Below, in pieces: positions 1 to 13,842 of a stretch of DNA of 64,000 nucleotides. The translations under genes and the position numbers were made by a program. The number at the start of each line of letters is the position of its first letter. Positions within the stretch are counted from its first letter, which is position 1. The DNA is taken from the NCBI GenBank assembly GCA_047967505.1, contig CM106538.1, one strand, 5' to 3'. This DNA is from Dipteris shenzhenensis (lineage: Eukaryota). The notes under the pieces are model-generated. The model was not told the DNA's origin and did no database searches. It saw only the letters and a program-made list of their open reading frames with translations.

Positions 1-2097
1 GTGTAGGAAAAGAAAGGCACCTCATCTATCGTCTCAGCTAGGCCACCCCTAGAGGGCCAAAACCACCATCTAGAGGCGTCTTGCTCTGAGATACTGGGAG
101 GATCAATGTGCCACTCCTTCCCCAACCGTCCTACCACTCTGATCATCTGCCTGTGTATCCCATCAAGACTCCCATCCATCTCAGGGTCACTCCCAGTGAG
201 GGGCTGAAGTAGGTCTCTAGGTCCTACACGGCAGAAGCCGAGGTGCGTGTTGCCGTGCTGCATCAAAATCCTCAAGGGAACACTAGTACAGCAAAACTGC
301 CCCAACCATTTGCTGTCTCTCCAAATGTGAAGTCCTTCCCACCAGGACTCAGGAATGGCTAAGTCAATCTTGCCCATCCGCTGCCCTACCCCTCTCAGAT
401 GCGCTAGGGCATCGAGCCTCGCCTTTGCCTCCATAGGTAGTCTGCTTCAGCGACCAAAAGACCTTGCTAGACCACTGTCCCACTGTGCCCAACCAATGTG
501 AGTCCGCTGCCCAAGCATACGTCCCTCCTGATCTCTAACCTTTGGGTGCCACATAAGGGGCTGACACTTGAACTCCTCTCTGCATCTAGATGGAGCACGG
601 ATGAGACCCCCTGCGAGTCTCTACCAAATCCTGTGAAGACTCCTCATCAAGGGGGAGCCCTTCCCTATAAGGGGGGCCTCTGAGAAGATCCATCTATGTG
701 AAGGCTGCCACTATCCCCGAATGCGTGGGGTGTTCCTCAGAAGCCCTCTCTGTAAGAGGAGCTTCCAACAAGGCTTGGCACCTGGAATGAGGCCACGAAC
801 CACCAACTTGCCCAGAAGGGCCCTGCTCTGCATCTCCTGATCAATGATACCCAAGCCTCCCAAGGCATGATCACCGTCTGCCAAGCTACTCGGGCTCTAG
901 TGTTCCTCGTGCCATCTGAACCTGCCCAGAGGAAGTTCCGTACCAACCGTCGGAGCTGCCCAATGCATCCTCTGTGAAAGCACCAACAGGAGGCAATATA
1001 CCAGGTAGTGGCAAGAATGACCTGGTTTGCCACTAAGGCGCGACCTGAGAGGGAGAGTTTGGCCGAGCTCCAATAGAGAAGCTTGCGCCAAACACTCTCA
1101 AGGACTGGGGTAATCTATTGCTCTGTTGTGATGTCAATACCCACCTGGCATCCGAGGTATCTCGCTTTCTGGCCCCACGGTATCCATCTGAAACCCCAAG
1201 GCCTCACAATAGATAGCCAAGGCGCCTTTGACTCTCTCTAGACTCGCCGTGGTGCCCTCAACATACAAGGCCGTGTCATCTGCAAACTCCAAGTCAAGGA
1301 GCTCCTCCTCCTACCTGATTGGGAGCCTCAACCCTGTGAGACCTGCCACCTGTGATCTCAAATAATAGCCCAGAGCCTCCACTACAAACAAGAAGAGGAA
1401 GGGAGCTAGTGGGCAGCCCTGGCGAATTGAGCGAGAGAGAGGAAAGGCCTCGCCTGTGTGTCCCCCGATAATCATCTGACTAGAGCTCCCTGCATATAGC
1501 GTTGAAACTCCTCTGACCCATCTGTCTGAGAAGCCAATCTCTTCATAGTGCCCTCCAGGAAAGACCACTCCACCATGTCGTACGCCTTCTCAAAGTCCAA
1601 GAGAAGGATGGCCAGTGGCCGTGACTCCTCCCTGGACCAATCCACTATCTCCAGAACGTGAAGATGTTGTCCAAGATGCTACGCTCCTGGACAAACCCAA
1701 TCTCTGTGTCATGGATGATGTCGGTAAGATGAGGCCGTAACTGCAAACTCAAGACCTTGGCGAGGATCTTGTATGCAGTATCAAGTGGAGTGATCGGCCT
1801 CCACTATTGGATATCTGACCTATCTCCCCCTTTTGGGATCAAACAAATCCACCCCCTGCACAAGGCTGAGGGAGAAGGCCTGTGTCGAAAATCTCCTCGC
1901 AAGCGAAACGAAAAGGAATGGAGATAATCTCCCAGAATTTTCGGAAGAAGACCGGAGTCACAAGCCATCCTCCCCCGGGCACTTCTGGGTCGGGAGAGCC
2001 TTGAGGGCTTCCCAGAGCCCCTCATCTGTGAAAGGCTCCTCAAGTCTGTTGCATAAGTCCTGCGAGACTACTGTCGAAACATGATCCCAAACTAGCT
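1..2097 (-). mobile_element. Decayed L1-type LINE, ORF2 RT and post-RT region (runs off the left edge)
   Basis: Minus-strand fragments ICLIPKGGDR (1804-2043), RSIRQGCPLAPFLFL (1311-1568), EFADD-like codons near 1280 and NQVILATTWY..RNFLWAG (737-1033); many stops and frameshifts; same family as the LINE at 58921-64000. Confidence 0.9.
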
Positions 2098-5000
2098 CTG
2101 AGTTCAACACATTTTGTCACAAGCATGGGATCAAGCGAAAACTCACCACAGCACATACATCTCAGCAGAACGGGGTAGCTGAGAGGAAGCACAAAACCAC
2201 CACGAAGACACGGCTTGCTATATTACCAGGGAGGAACCTTTCTAAAGCCTATTGAAGTGAAGCTGTAAATACAGTAGTACACATCCTCAATAGGACCAAG
2301 ACGAAGGCCGTCAAGGACAACATCCATATGAAGCATTTTATGGTAAGAAGCCCTCTATCACTCATCTTCGCATTTTTGGTTCTAACGCATGGGTGCATAT
2401 GCACAAGAAAGACACGACCAAGCTTGATTCCCTGAGCAGACAATGTATCTTTGTTGGGTATAGTGAAGAATCCAAGGCCTATCGACTCTTCGACCTAGTA
2501 AAGAAGCAGATCCTTATCAGTCGGGATGTCATCTTCGAGGAAAAGGAACCTGAACCCCAGGAGGAGCCTCATATTGAGGAGGAGGAGGAGATTGTTCAAC
2601 CGCCGAACCCACCCCGCCCCAGGTTGACCATCCAAGAGGTGGCGAAATCAGAAGTTGATGTTCCACAAGGTACTGAGGAAGAGCAGGATGTTCCAGAAGC
2701 AGTTCCAGTTCCTCCTCCCACTGAGAAGCAGAAGAGGTTGCCCCAATGGTACCTAAGAACATTGGAAGACTCTCGGGTCACCGACATACCTGAGAGTAGT
2801 AGTTCCGGATTGCATTGGTCCCAACGTCTTCAGAAGACCCCATCCGTGAATTTTGCGTTGGTGGCTCAGCGTGAAGAGCCAAGGACCTTCGAGGAGGCGA
2901 AGGACAATCCAAAATGGCAGGCTACCATGCAGGCAGAGATGGATGCTATCATGAAGAACAATACCTGGGACTTAGTGGCCAGGTCCCCGTGACGGAAAGT
3001 CATCGGCACTAAGTGGGTATATAAACTTAAATACAAATCCGACGACAGCTTGGATAAGTACAAAACAAGGTTAGTGGTCAAAGGTTTTGCTCAAGCTGAA
3101 GGCATGGATTTTGATGAGACTTTTGCTCCCACAACTCGCATGGTTACTATCCGGACAGTGATTGCCCCTGCTGCCCAATTCCAGTGGCCTATTTTTCAAA
3201 TGGACGTGAAGTCTACATTCCTTAATGGAACCTTGGAGGAGGAGGTATACGTAGAGCAGCCACCGGGCTTTCAAGATCTAGGGTCCCCATTAAAGGTCTG
3301 CATGTTGAAGAAGGCATTATACGGGCTGAAACAGGCCCCCAGAGCTTGGTACCAAAGGATCGATGGTATTCTTTCAGAAGATAGGGCTAAGTCGGAGCCC
3401 TTCTGAGGCAAACCTCTACTTGTTCATTGAGAAGGGGTTGCGATTGGTACTCATCCTCTATGTTGATGATCTTATCTTGACAGGTGACCATGTCAAGAAG
3501 ATTTCTCAGGTCAAGGAGCTACTCATGTTTGAGTTTGAGATGACTGACCTTGGGTTATTACACTACTTCCTTGGGATAGAAGTAAAGCAGGCCAAAGACA
3601 GGATCTTCATTTCACAGGAGAAATATTGCAGAGAACTTCTGAAGAGATTCTAGATGGAGGATTGCAGGACAGCAGTAACTCCCATGGAGGTCGGGCTCAA
3701 GCTAAGTGTTCACGACACATCCTAGCCGGTCGATACTCCTTTGTACCGACGATTGGTAGGAAGTTTGCTTTACCTTACCAATACTTGACCTGATATTTGT
3801 TATGGAGTTGGGCTATTATGCTAGTTCTCTGCTTCTCCCAGGAAGAGTCATTGGGATGCAGGTTTACAAGTACTGAGGTATCTAAACGGTACTTGCACCT
3901 ATGGGATCACCTATACCAAAGGCATCGAACTAGGCGGGTTCTGTGACAGTGATTGGGCGGGTGATGCTAACACCAAAAGATCAACAACAGGGTATTGCTT
4001 CTTACTTGCATCTGGTGCCATCTCTTGGCTGAGTAAGAAGCAACCCACAGTGGCCCTTTCATCTACAGAGGCAAAGTATAGAGCCGCGTGTACAGCAGCT
4101 TGTGAGACACTGTGGTTGAGGTGGATTCTGGAGGACATGGACATGTGTCAGGAGAATGCAACAGTGCTGATGTGCGACAATCAAAGTTGCATAGCCATTG
4201 CCAAGAATCCAGTGTACCATGCGCGGACCACGCACATTAAAGTTCATTACCGATTTGTTCGAGAGCTCATCATCGACAACGTGATCGAGCTCATGTACTG
4301 CCCGACTGCCAACAACTTGTCCGACCTCTTCACGATGGCACTCCCTCGAGAACAGATGGAACACCTCATCAGACATATGGGGATTGGCCCACCGTTGTGA
4401 CATTGAGGGGGGGTGTTAGATTCTTACTGTGCCCACCTGTGAGCCCCCGATTTGAGGGGACAAGGAGCAGTGAGAGGTAGGAGGGCTGGGAGAGAGACTC
4501 AGGCCAGAAACAGAGGGAGGAGAGCATGGCAGAAATAGGCGACCAGCACATGGGCTGGTCGCTGGCTGCAACAGCAGGTATATAGGGGCTTTAGGCCTCA
4601 CGTGGAGGCTCCTGCAGCAGTGCAGATTGGCTGCACAGGGCACCCTTATATAGGGGCCTGTGGCAGGCCAAGTCGGCCCAACCAGGGCCACCGACCAGGG
4701 CCAACCCTAGGCGGTTTAATGGGGCCCATGTGGTCGGCCACCAGACAGGGTACTGACCCTGCTGGTCGGTCATCTGAAGGGTCCTGGGCAGTGCCTATAA
4801 AAGGCCCACTTCTCCATTCACTCCAGCATCCAGTGCGAAACTGAAAGCCCCTCTCCAAGGCTGTGTTCTGCACTCAGATCTGGAGCAGTTTCTGAGAGAG
4901 AGTTCATCATTGTTTTCCAGCACCCTGCTGAGTTTTGTATTGCTCCCTTGGAGCCATTTTCTGCCCACCATCCGGTGGATGAATATACTCTCTCTCTCTC

Positions 5001-5123
5001 TCCGTCTATATTTCTGAGTGTGTGTTTGTTGCATCTGTGATCATCTATCTGAGTTGAGTGTGTGAGAGTTGGAGAGATCTCGGGTGGAGGATTGAGTGAT
5101 TCATTCCCTCCTATTTTCTAACA
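2098..5123 (+). mobile_element. 5'-truncated Ty1/Copia retrotransposon: integrase end, RT, RNase H, PPT, 3' LTR
   Basis: CIFVGYSEESKAYRL, KYKTRLVVKGF..QMDVK, LYVDDLIL, ALSSTEAKY..CDNQS; PPT GAGGGGGGG at 4405-4413. Confidence 0.93.
4414..5123 (+). repeat. Copia 3' LTR (710 bp)
   Basis: Starts TGTTAGA directly after the PPT and ends TCTAACA (7-bp terminal inverted repeat); TATA-like CTATAAAA near 4795. Confidence 0.85.
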
Positions 5124-6323
5124 GATTTTATATGTGGATGACATGCTGATCACGGGCCCTGATACTCAGCATATTGCAGCTTTCAAGGCTGATTTGCAGC
5201 AAGCTTTTGAAATGTCAGACATGGGACAGCTGCACTATTATTTGGGCATTCAGTTTGCTCATGTTGAGGGGGGTATCATGATGTCACAGTTCAAGTATAT
5301 TGGACAGCTCCTTGATCGTTTTCAGTTTGAGGATTGCAAGCCAATCTCTACTCCAGTGGACCCTGGCTTCAAATTTTCAGCTCATGATGGGAGCCCACCA
5401 TGTGATATCACTCTTTACCCACAAGGTGTTGGATGTCTCATCTACTTATGCCGCACCAGACCTGACTTACAGTATGCAATATCCTAGCTTAGCAGGTTCA
5501 TGCACATGCCCAATTCACAGCATTGGTAGGCAGTGAAGAGAGTCTTCAGATACTTATGCCACACCAGACCTGACTTATAGTATGCAGTATCTCAGCTCAG
5601 CAGGTTCATGTACATGCCCAGTTCACAGCATTGGCAGGCAGTGGAGAATCTTCAGATATCTCAGAGGCACTCAGGATTTAGCCCTCTTCTATGGTGATCA
5701 GGGTTCACTTACCATGCATGCTTACACGGATAGTGACTGGGCAGGTTGTTTCAACACCAAAGTGTCACATACCGGCAACTGTTTTTTGCTTAGCCCTCTT
5801 CTAAGGTGATCAGGGTTCACTTACCATGCATGCTTACACGGATAGTGACTGGGCAGGTTGTTCCAACACCAAAGTGTCACATACCGGCAACTGTTTTTTG
5901 CTTGGCAATTCATGAATCTCTTGGCTCAGCAAGAAGCAACCAACAGTTGCCACATCCAGCTGTGAGGCTGAGGACAGGACAGCCTTCACCGCTACAGTAG
6001 AGTGTGTCTGGCTTCGACAGTTACTTATAAATCTTGGTATTCGCCAGACATCCTCCACTATGGTCTACACTGACAGCCAGAGTGCTTTGGCCATTGCACG
6101 TAATCCAGTGTTTAATATGCGTACCAAGCACATTGAAGTTCACTATCATTATGTTCGAGAGTGGTTGTCAGTAGGAGACATAGAGTTGTCCTACCTTCCC
6201 ACAGAGGACAACATAGCATATATGTTTACAAGGCACTTCCTCGTCCCAAGTTCGAAGTCTTTCGACACGCTTTACACTTGGTTCCCTTTGTTACATGATC
6301 TGGCATACCTTGTACATTCATAG
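5124..6323 (+). mobile_element. Second Copia RT/RNase H remnant with two internal tandem duplications
   Basis: YVDDMLITG..EMSDMGQLHYYLGI (5134-5487), YTDSDWAG, VYTDSQSALAIARNPVF..KHIEVHYHYVRE (6060-6323). Confidence 0.88.
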
Positions 6324-6679
6324 GTGGCTATATCCTTTTGGATGAACATGTGTCACCATGACCAGAAAATACCACGTATTTTGAGACGTTTCCAGAATAC
6401 TTCAGCCCATACCATGTAGCGGGTTTGTAGGCCATCTTCTCCCGGTCGTATGAATGCCCTTTGGGCCCTGGTATGTGCCATGTAGCTCTAGTTATTGGCA
6501 CTTAGGTTACCTAGTATTTTTAGTGTCCTATGACACCTAGTACTAGTGGTACCACTAGGACACTAGGTCCTAGGGTTCTCTTTTATAGTACTTTGTACTT
6601 TCATTTTCATTATACTAGTTGATGTGACGGCTTCCACTTCTTGCTCCACTCTTGTGCATCCTTTTGCTTCCGTGAGCCT

Positions 6680-7238
6680 ACATAAGTCCGTCATCTCGAA
6701 CTCCTCCATGAGAAGTCTCTTCACCTGAGCAATCTTCTTCGTATGATCCCGTGGAATGATCCCTTTTGGTACCATGTTGGAAAGTAGAGGATAGAATCAC
6801 TCACTCCTCACACTCCCGATCGCAGCTCATACAACACTCAAAGAGAGATAGAGAGATAGAGACAAAACTCAGATATATTCTTCCACAACAGTGGGCTGAC
6901 AAAAGCTCAAGAGGTGAGCAACGACCAGCAAAGAGATGCTGATACAAAAGCTGAGTCTACTCCTCTCCCTGATACAAAATGGCCGACTTCCGGTCGGTTT
7001 CTAGGCCAGCCCTTTGGCCTATATAAGGCCCCATATGTTGGGCCTTTTTGGCCGCTGCTGGCTGGTACACATATGCTGCAGATGCCCCCGCATGGGCCTG
7101 TGGTGCTGGTGCACTGTTCCACGTAGGGTGCTGCCCTCAGACAGCAAGGTACTCTCAGCCCCCCATCCCCCTGTAGTCTCCTGCCCCCTTGTCCCCTCAA
7201 ATCGGGGGCTCACAGGTGGGGCAATGACATTTCTAACA
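6680..7238 (-). mobile_element. Copia 5' LTR (6775-7238) plus PBS, fused directly to a short RT fragment (internally deleted)
   Basis: On minus the LTR reads TGTTAGA...CCAACA and shares CCCACCTGTGAGCCCCCGATTTGAGGGG with the 4414 LTR; followed by Met-type PBS TGGTACCAAAAG, then DHTKKIAQVKRLLMEEFEMTDL. Confidence 0.75.
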
Positions 7239-7740
7239 GTTGACTGCAATTGCTCACCCACCCTGCCACGTGGCATTCTGCCACTGGTCCCCAACCCTGT
7301 CTGCAACACTGCTGCCACACTCTGCCCACCTGCCAACCTGCAACCAAGCTGTTCTAGTCTGCTGCCGACCTGTCAGGTGGATCCCAGGAGTACGGACTTG
7401 CTATGTAGGCACCTCTTTGCTGGGTAGTAACAGCTCTTCTACCCTCTGAATGGGCCCCTGGCTGGGCATCTTTCAGCCCCGCAGCCCCAAAAGATAGGAA
7501 TATTCACAGCCCTAATGAAGTGCTGACCAGCTCTGGTCAGTTTGATGGCCTGTGTGGCCAGGAAGACTTTTGATTGCTGCTCACATGGCAGCCCATGTGG
7601 CAGTCTCTCCCACTTCCCTTACATGTGCCCTCGTGGCATAATCTACGTCTTGTATTTGTCAGGCCCCGTTGCACTCCTCATGTGGGGGCTCACAGGTGGG
7701 GCATTGACCCTGGACTTCTAACACCCCCTCTCAATGACAC
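7239..7740 (-). repeat. PPT and start of a related Copia 3' LTR
   Basis: Minus strand reads TTGAGAGGGGG then TGTTAGAAG (LTR start at 7723) and CCCCACCTGTGAGCCCCC. Confidence 0.6.
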
Positions 7741-8348
7741 ACATGGTCAGATACCTACTCTGTTAAAGACCCGCTCTATCAGCTCCCATGTAGAAGCATT
7801 CAGGAACAAGTAGAGGATCTCGTCCACCAACCTGCACCTCCAGTATCTCTCGGCTGCTACGGGATCTAGTCTGGAGCATTTGTATAGTCATTGGTCCAAG
7901 TCACAAACCTCCAGAGTCTTCAAGATACCCAGGCACTAACATGAAGATATGTGGATCTTTTACTATGAAAAGGTGTGAGGTGTTTGGGGTTTTACATCCT
8001 GTTCGAAGTAGGATACGGGAAAATAGTTTCACGTAGTTTGTTCTAAATTTCATCATAGAAGATGTTTAGATCAATAAGGCAGTTAATACAGGAGTGCAAA
8101 ATAAGCCCTCCACAAAAGTATTTAAGAGGTTTTCCCAGCTTCCTATAGTTTCACTAAGGTCTGCGTTCATGTCTTCTCTAATCCAAAAACCATGTAACAA
8201 AGTTCTTATTTTGATGTGCATGAGTTTGCGAATGAAATGCCAGCACTGTTCAAGTTGATGGCTAAGGTAAGATTGCTGCCATATTTGTCAACCTCAGCTA
8301 AGCCCGCTTGGTTATTTTCTGTCGGTTGGTTAAGCAGAAAAAACATAC

Positions 8349-8580
8349 CTCCGGTTACAAAACGAGTGATTTCCCTTTCTGCAGCTAGTTGAAGAGGGAT
8401 TTGAAACGTGAAGGTGGGGTCCTCATATATTCCACGTTCTTGTTTTGCAGTTGAATTCGTCTGAATTCCATATGTGATCACAGAAGAAGAACTCTCTTTA
8501 AAATGTAGAGCTCCGGTTGTGCGCATAGGATTTGCAATCAGCCATTGGTTCACTTCAGCTATTGTTGGAAACCCCATAAC
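8349..8580 (-). CDS. ABCA2: ABC transporter A family (ABCA2/ATH1-like), exon 2
   Basis: VMGFPTIAEVNQWLIANPMRTTGALHF..ITYGIQTNST..EDPTFTFQIPLQLAAEREITR; CAG acceptor at 8583-8581, GT donor at 8348-8347; in frame with exon 1. Confidence 0.85.
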
Positions 8581-8788
8581 CTGTGAGCGCAGTCATGTGG
8601 ATGCTATCAAGAAGTGGGAGAATGCCAATCACCATTGAAGCGTGAAGTACCATCATCAGCCACCGCAGGGCGCCAAAGAAAAAAGAAAAAGTTTGGCCGC
8701 TCGTAGGATCGGGCACACGATGCCTGGAATCCAGCCGCTCATTGGGAATATTGCTTAATTGGATCGGGAGGCGAATCAGAAGCCATAC

Positions 8789-9208
8789 CTTAGATGGGGG
8801 TATAGGGCGATTGGGGTTATTCTTCATGATGTTGTCGACAATGGTTGAAGCTTTTGCAATAGAATTGCCACTCCAGATGAAATCATAGCAAGGACTCTTG
8901 ATATAATATCCAGTCTCGCAGGCGGGTATGGGTGTTACAAAGGTGGGTTCTGGATCAAAAAGATTCTTGAAGGACGTCGTGGTTTTTCGCCTTGCAGTGA
9001 CGGACTGATCAACGCAAAAGATCAAGAAGATGAAGAAGAGGGAGGAGAAAAGTTGCAATGCAGTGGCACGTTTACTGCGTAGGGAGAGGAGAACGTTCTT
9101 TCTTAGCAATGCAGAGAGTTGCTGGAGGAAAAGAGAGAATCCAGAGAGTTTGCTGGAGGGATCAGGGGGAAGGAGGCCTTGAGGGGACCGGATCTCTGGG
9201 GACGCCAT
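8789..9208 (-). CDS. ABCA2: ABC transporter A family (ABCA2/ATH1-like), exon 1
   Basis: ATG at 9208; QQLSALLRKNVLLSLRSKRATALQLFSSLFFIFLIF (ABCA N-terminal LLxKN motif plus TM1), IPACETGYYIKSPCYDFIWSGN; 420 bp, phase-0 GT donor at 8788; 208-bp intron to exon 2. Confidence 0.9.
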
Positions 9209-9734
9209 GCTGGGTGATTGTTTAAATGGGGTGCCAATGCAAAGCTCAACGAGCTCCACCACAAGGCACTCCCGATTCTATCACCTTTATTTCCGTGAGG
9301 AACGTGGCGTGTTGTCGTTGCACAATTTAGAAGCTCTCGAATTCGCTCTTACCGTGTAAGCTGTTCCTCGCTCTCTTTCTGTCTCTGTCCGTCCTGTGAG
9401 CTAGAGCGCAACAATACGGAAGTATGGTTAGATGGAGAGCAGCCAAGTGTCAGCGAAGCTTCGTTTCCGAAAATGGAGGACGTAAATCTAGATTGAGAAT
9501 GCATGGTGGCGATTCTGCTTTTGACCCGCTGCTTGCGCAGCACTCCACAGTACTGCCGATTGCCCAACCTTTGACTAAGGTTCACGATGGCATTTTTTAG
9601 AAAAGGGCAAATGAGAGAGGGGCCAGGGCCATCACATCACATCACATCACATCAATGCAAATAGCACCCTTGAGGTCTAAGAATACCATGGCCTCTATTT
9701 CCCGGAAACACCTAATTCCCTTCTTTTCAGCTTT

Positions 9735-9743
<9 letters not shown>

Positions 9744-9778
<35 letters not shown>
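9744..9778. repeat. (CT)n microsatellite upstream of ABCA2-like gene
   Basis: Perfect CT run; a short (ATCAC)n run also at about 9631-9653. Confidence 0.95.
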
Positions 9779-9784
<6 letters not shown>

Positions 9785-10010
9785 ACCTTGTAGCTTCGAT
9801 GTCACATCATCTTTAACAGTGGTAGGTTCTGTAGCAGCAGGCATTCTTGGGGAGTAGGTGCCTTAAAAGTATGAGTAGATGGAGGAGAAGCCTCCAAGTT
9901 AGGAGAAGCAGTATTACAGACAGCAGTCTTAGATGAAGGAATCTCTCTAGTAAGAATAGGAAGCTGAGGATCAACAGAGTATTTGACAACAAGACTCTGT
10001 GTGGGCCATC

Positions 10011-11830
10011 CTAGCATCTAACTACATGGGTCTCCAATTCCACAATCAGCTGGGTGTGAGTCATTGTAAGCTGATATGGCCTTATCAAGCTTTCTTTGTT
10101 CTCATTCCACCATTCCAAAAACATAGCGTCACCAAATAAAACCACATTATTGAATTGAAAATTTTCCCTAGCTAGCCATACCACACAGCTTGAGCTACCA
10201 AAATAATTTATTTCCAATTCAAAGGTTCTCCAATAGCAAGTGCATTGTTTTCTAAACTTTTCATGCGTGAGGGCTCGCAACGAACAAGTGGAATACAAAG
10301 TCTTTAGCACCTGGACATCTCATGCAATGCCATCACCTTTTCCTATCTTCAAGCTTCTGATAGGACCACACAGCCATGTGTAAAATTAGCCATAGCAGAA
10401 TGATCATTTTTTTAAAGATGTCCTTTGCCCAAATGTTCAAAACTTGCCTCTCCCTTTGTCCACATTGTCTAGGAGATTCCACCTCTTGTCTAGAACCTTG
10501 AATAAATATTCAATAGTAGAGTGGGATAGGGGTCAGGTAGAAAACAAAATTGCCTACCTAGTTGAATTCCGTCCTATAAATCAACTGGGTGCCCACCTTC
10601 CATTGAGTTTCCCCTTGCCAAAGTGCTAGTCTGTTCATAATCAGCTCTTGTTGTCTATTTTCCAGGGCAAATTTTCATCTAATTTTTTGCCAAGTCTTTT
10701 ATCTCATGCTTGCCTTGTCCCACAGCTGTCCCCAACATTGGAGACTTTTTTTTATAGAGATGGTTGGCTCTGATAAAGTCTTCATCATTTAAGTAATTAC
10801 CTTTAAAAATTACCGAATCCGAAATGGAGTCCAAGGCCATGACAGCCCCCTTACCAGAGAAAACAATATTACTTTTTATTTCTTCAAAAGATCTACAAGG
10901 AGATTACCACAAAGGGCTTCCCTTAGAGCTACAAGGCTCTCGACAGCATAAGGCAGAGAGTCAAGGATACCTCTTCCATTTAGGGGCTCTAATCAGTTTG
11001 ATATGTATGGTGCTTTTGAGGAGTAGTTAAGCCCAATCCTGTAAAGGATTCAGAATAGCCTTAATGATCCATGAGGCAAAGAGTTTCCTAGCAGCTTGGC
11101 CTATGTCTATGACACCAAGCCCACCCTCCCCTTTAGGCTTGATGCTTACCTTGGATATACTTGAAGCTCCTCCCCACAAGATGGACCTGCAAAGTTTGAT
11201 GAACTTCTCAAGCCCGGTCTTTGAAGGGGACAGCATGATAGATTAAAGATAGCAATAGGATATAAGTAATGGTTTAAAACCAACCTTCTGCCATCCAAAT
11301 TTATTTGGAAACCACACCACTTGTTTAGCTTCATTTTTAGAGTACCTCCCACCTCTCTTTCGTGGTGATATTGAAGCCCATTGTAATTCCAAGAAACCTG
11401 AAGATTGATCCATTGATGATTCCAAGGCATCCAAGGTCCCTTAGGACACCCTGATCTGAACACTTAAGGTTTCATATTCTATCTTTGTAGGGTTGATTAT
11501 GGAACCTGAGGCCTTGCAAAATACATCCAAGCACTTAAGTATCCTTTGGATATCTTGTCTATTATTCCTGGGGGTGAGATTACTATCGCCTGCAAACTAT
11601 TGGCATACCAATGGTTTGCCAGAAGGAAGCTTTATTCCTTTGATTGCACCTACCTTTACCTGGATTTAAATCAACCATCCCAATGATTTTACAACCATTG
11701 CAAATAGTAGAGGAGCCGAGGGGCAGCCCTATCTTATAAATCTTTCCATGCAAAGGGCAAACTCATCTCTCCGCCATTAACAAAGATTTTGGCAGAAGCA
11801 TTAGAGAATAGCAACCTCAGCCTGAGAAAG
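10011..11830 (-). mobile_element. Old degenerate LINE ORF2 (RT and C-terminal region)
   Basis: RSILWGG..PKGEGGLGVIDIG..WIIKAI (11027-11236), LDGRRLVLNHYL, GCPSAPLLF codons near 11720 and FAGD near 11590. Confidence 0.7.
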
Positions 11831-12789
11831 GCTACATAGGTATGCCCAAGGTGAGGGGTTTCTCTAAAAAAACATTGTCAAAATTTTGCACAGTGTGTTT
11901 CCTAGCCTCTTGGCATTATAAACCTCTCTTTCTCTTCCACCCTCTATCTTATAAAGGTCTTTGACATCATCCCATCTAATTGGCCTTTGTAGAATTCATT
12001 CACACAAGGATATTTATAGAACATACTTAAGTTTTTAATGAGCTCATGAAGTTGTGCACATTGCTTAACTCATTCATGAATCCTATTTCTCCTCACTACA
12101 AATTGATTCTCTTGATCTTAGATTGCGGCTTTTCTTTTGTTTCTACTTTCCATGCTTATCTGCCTCTCTACACTCCACATCATGCCATGCTTCTCTACTT
12201 CTTTACATACCAACCATGGTATGACATGCTCATGCAATTCCTTTACCCTCTTTGAGAAATATTTTTATTTGAATATTTCCAACTATTCATTATTATTTTC
12301 TTTAACCTTGCCTTATATGACAATACTTGTGTAACATGGGATGTTTTGTTTTAACTTTTTTGGTGGCTCCTTTTCTTGTTGTGCACTTTATTAATAAAGA
12401 GATTAGTTCATGATATGATTTTAAAAGGTTTTTTATAAAGACAGCTATTTTTACCTTGCAAGCTGCTGTCAGCTAATTATCAAACAAGTAATTTAAGTGC
12501 ACTAGAACAAAGTTGAAGCCCTATATTTCTAAATCGAGTAGCATAGTTCTATATTGGTAGGCTGCTAAAGGGGTATACAAAGGGTGTGTAAGTACCTAAC
12601 CTTGTCACCTAACATTTATTATCTTTCAACCTTTTCACACAAATGTCTGTCGCCTCCATCCAACTTAGATTTTTGCCTTCCATTACCATGTCTCATATCT
12701 TATCTAATAAAAAAATATTGCTACAATGATTGTGCCTTATCTAGAATACTCATTACCAATATTTATGCAAAAGTTGGCATGCATTAGAT

Positions 12790-13740
12790 ACATTTCTAAA
12801 CTTTTCTTATATATGACAAGATATAGCTACTCATCCTATGCTGAAATACATGGATCATTTAGTAGCTACAAGTGCATTGCATGGTTTGGAGATAAATGGC
12901 ACCAAGCCATTGATAGCACAGGCATATGATGATGACTCTCCTTTTTCTTTCCCAAGAACACACAAAGAGGCCTCTCATGCCTTATGCGTGCTTTATCGTA
13001 ATATGGTAAGGCTACTGGTCTAAAAGCAAATTTTTAAAAATTTAAGCTTCATCTCCATGAGAAAGCTTGGAATTTTATTTTATGGCCATGGGACATAGTT
13101 TTACCCACGCAACTTGTATGTCACCTTGGGTGGATACCCTTTTGGGGGGGGGGGGGGGGGGTCAATTCATATAAGCAAATGGATTGGGTGCTTGACATGG
13201 TTAAGAAAAAACTAGAATACTGGAAGTTGGCCACCTAGCCACTACATGTTTACTATCGCTTAGTTCAATCAATTCTGGTTGCCTATGTCCAATTTTACTT
13301 GCCTTTGATGATGCCAAGTAAGACATCTCCTATTTTATGTCTCATTTTATGGAGCTTTTATGACAGTCTCGCTATCGCTCTCTGAAAATCCCTTCAACTA
13401 TTTTTAGTGGATCACGTTTGCTCATCTAAAATGCATGGGGGTCTAAATATCCTTAATATTCACATGCATAGTCTAGCTTACAAGGGGAAAACAATGTCTT
13501 AGTTCATGCAGGTGATTAGCCATGGATGTATATGATGCGACATTTGGTTTTGCACTTGTCTTCTACTACCTTTAGTCACTAGTAGCCCACCCAATGGGAC
13601 TATATTTTGGGTCACATTGATGGAAAATTCAAAGGATTCCCTTTTGTCACTCACATTGGAAGCACATACTTACCACCTTAAATGGAATGGCTGGGATACT
13701 TGAGTGGGATCCAAAGATAGTGAAACATGGATTGCCTGAG
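12790..13740 (+). mobile_element. Highly decayed LINE RT remnant
   Basis: LHGLEINGTKPLIAQAYDDDS (FADD-like) and GGLNILNI codons near 13440; boundaries approximate. Confidence 0.45.
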
Positions 13741-13802
13741 TGGCATCCAGACATAGTGAAACATGGAAGAAGACTATGTGTATGTGTGTGGTGGATGAGA
13801 GT

Positions 13803-13803
<1 letters not shown>

Positions 13804-13840
<37 letters not shown>
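13804..13840. repeat. (CA)n microsatellite
   Basis: Direct reading; further (CA)n tracts at about 15026-15067 and 15117-15142, poly-G at 13144-13161. Confidence 0.95.
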
Positions 13841-13842
<2 letters not shown>

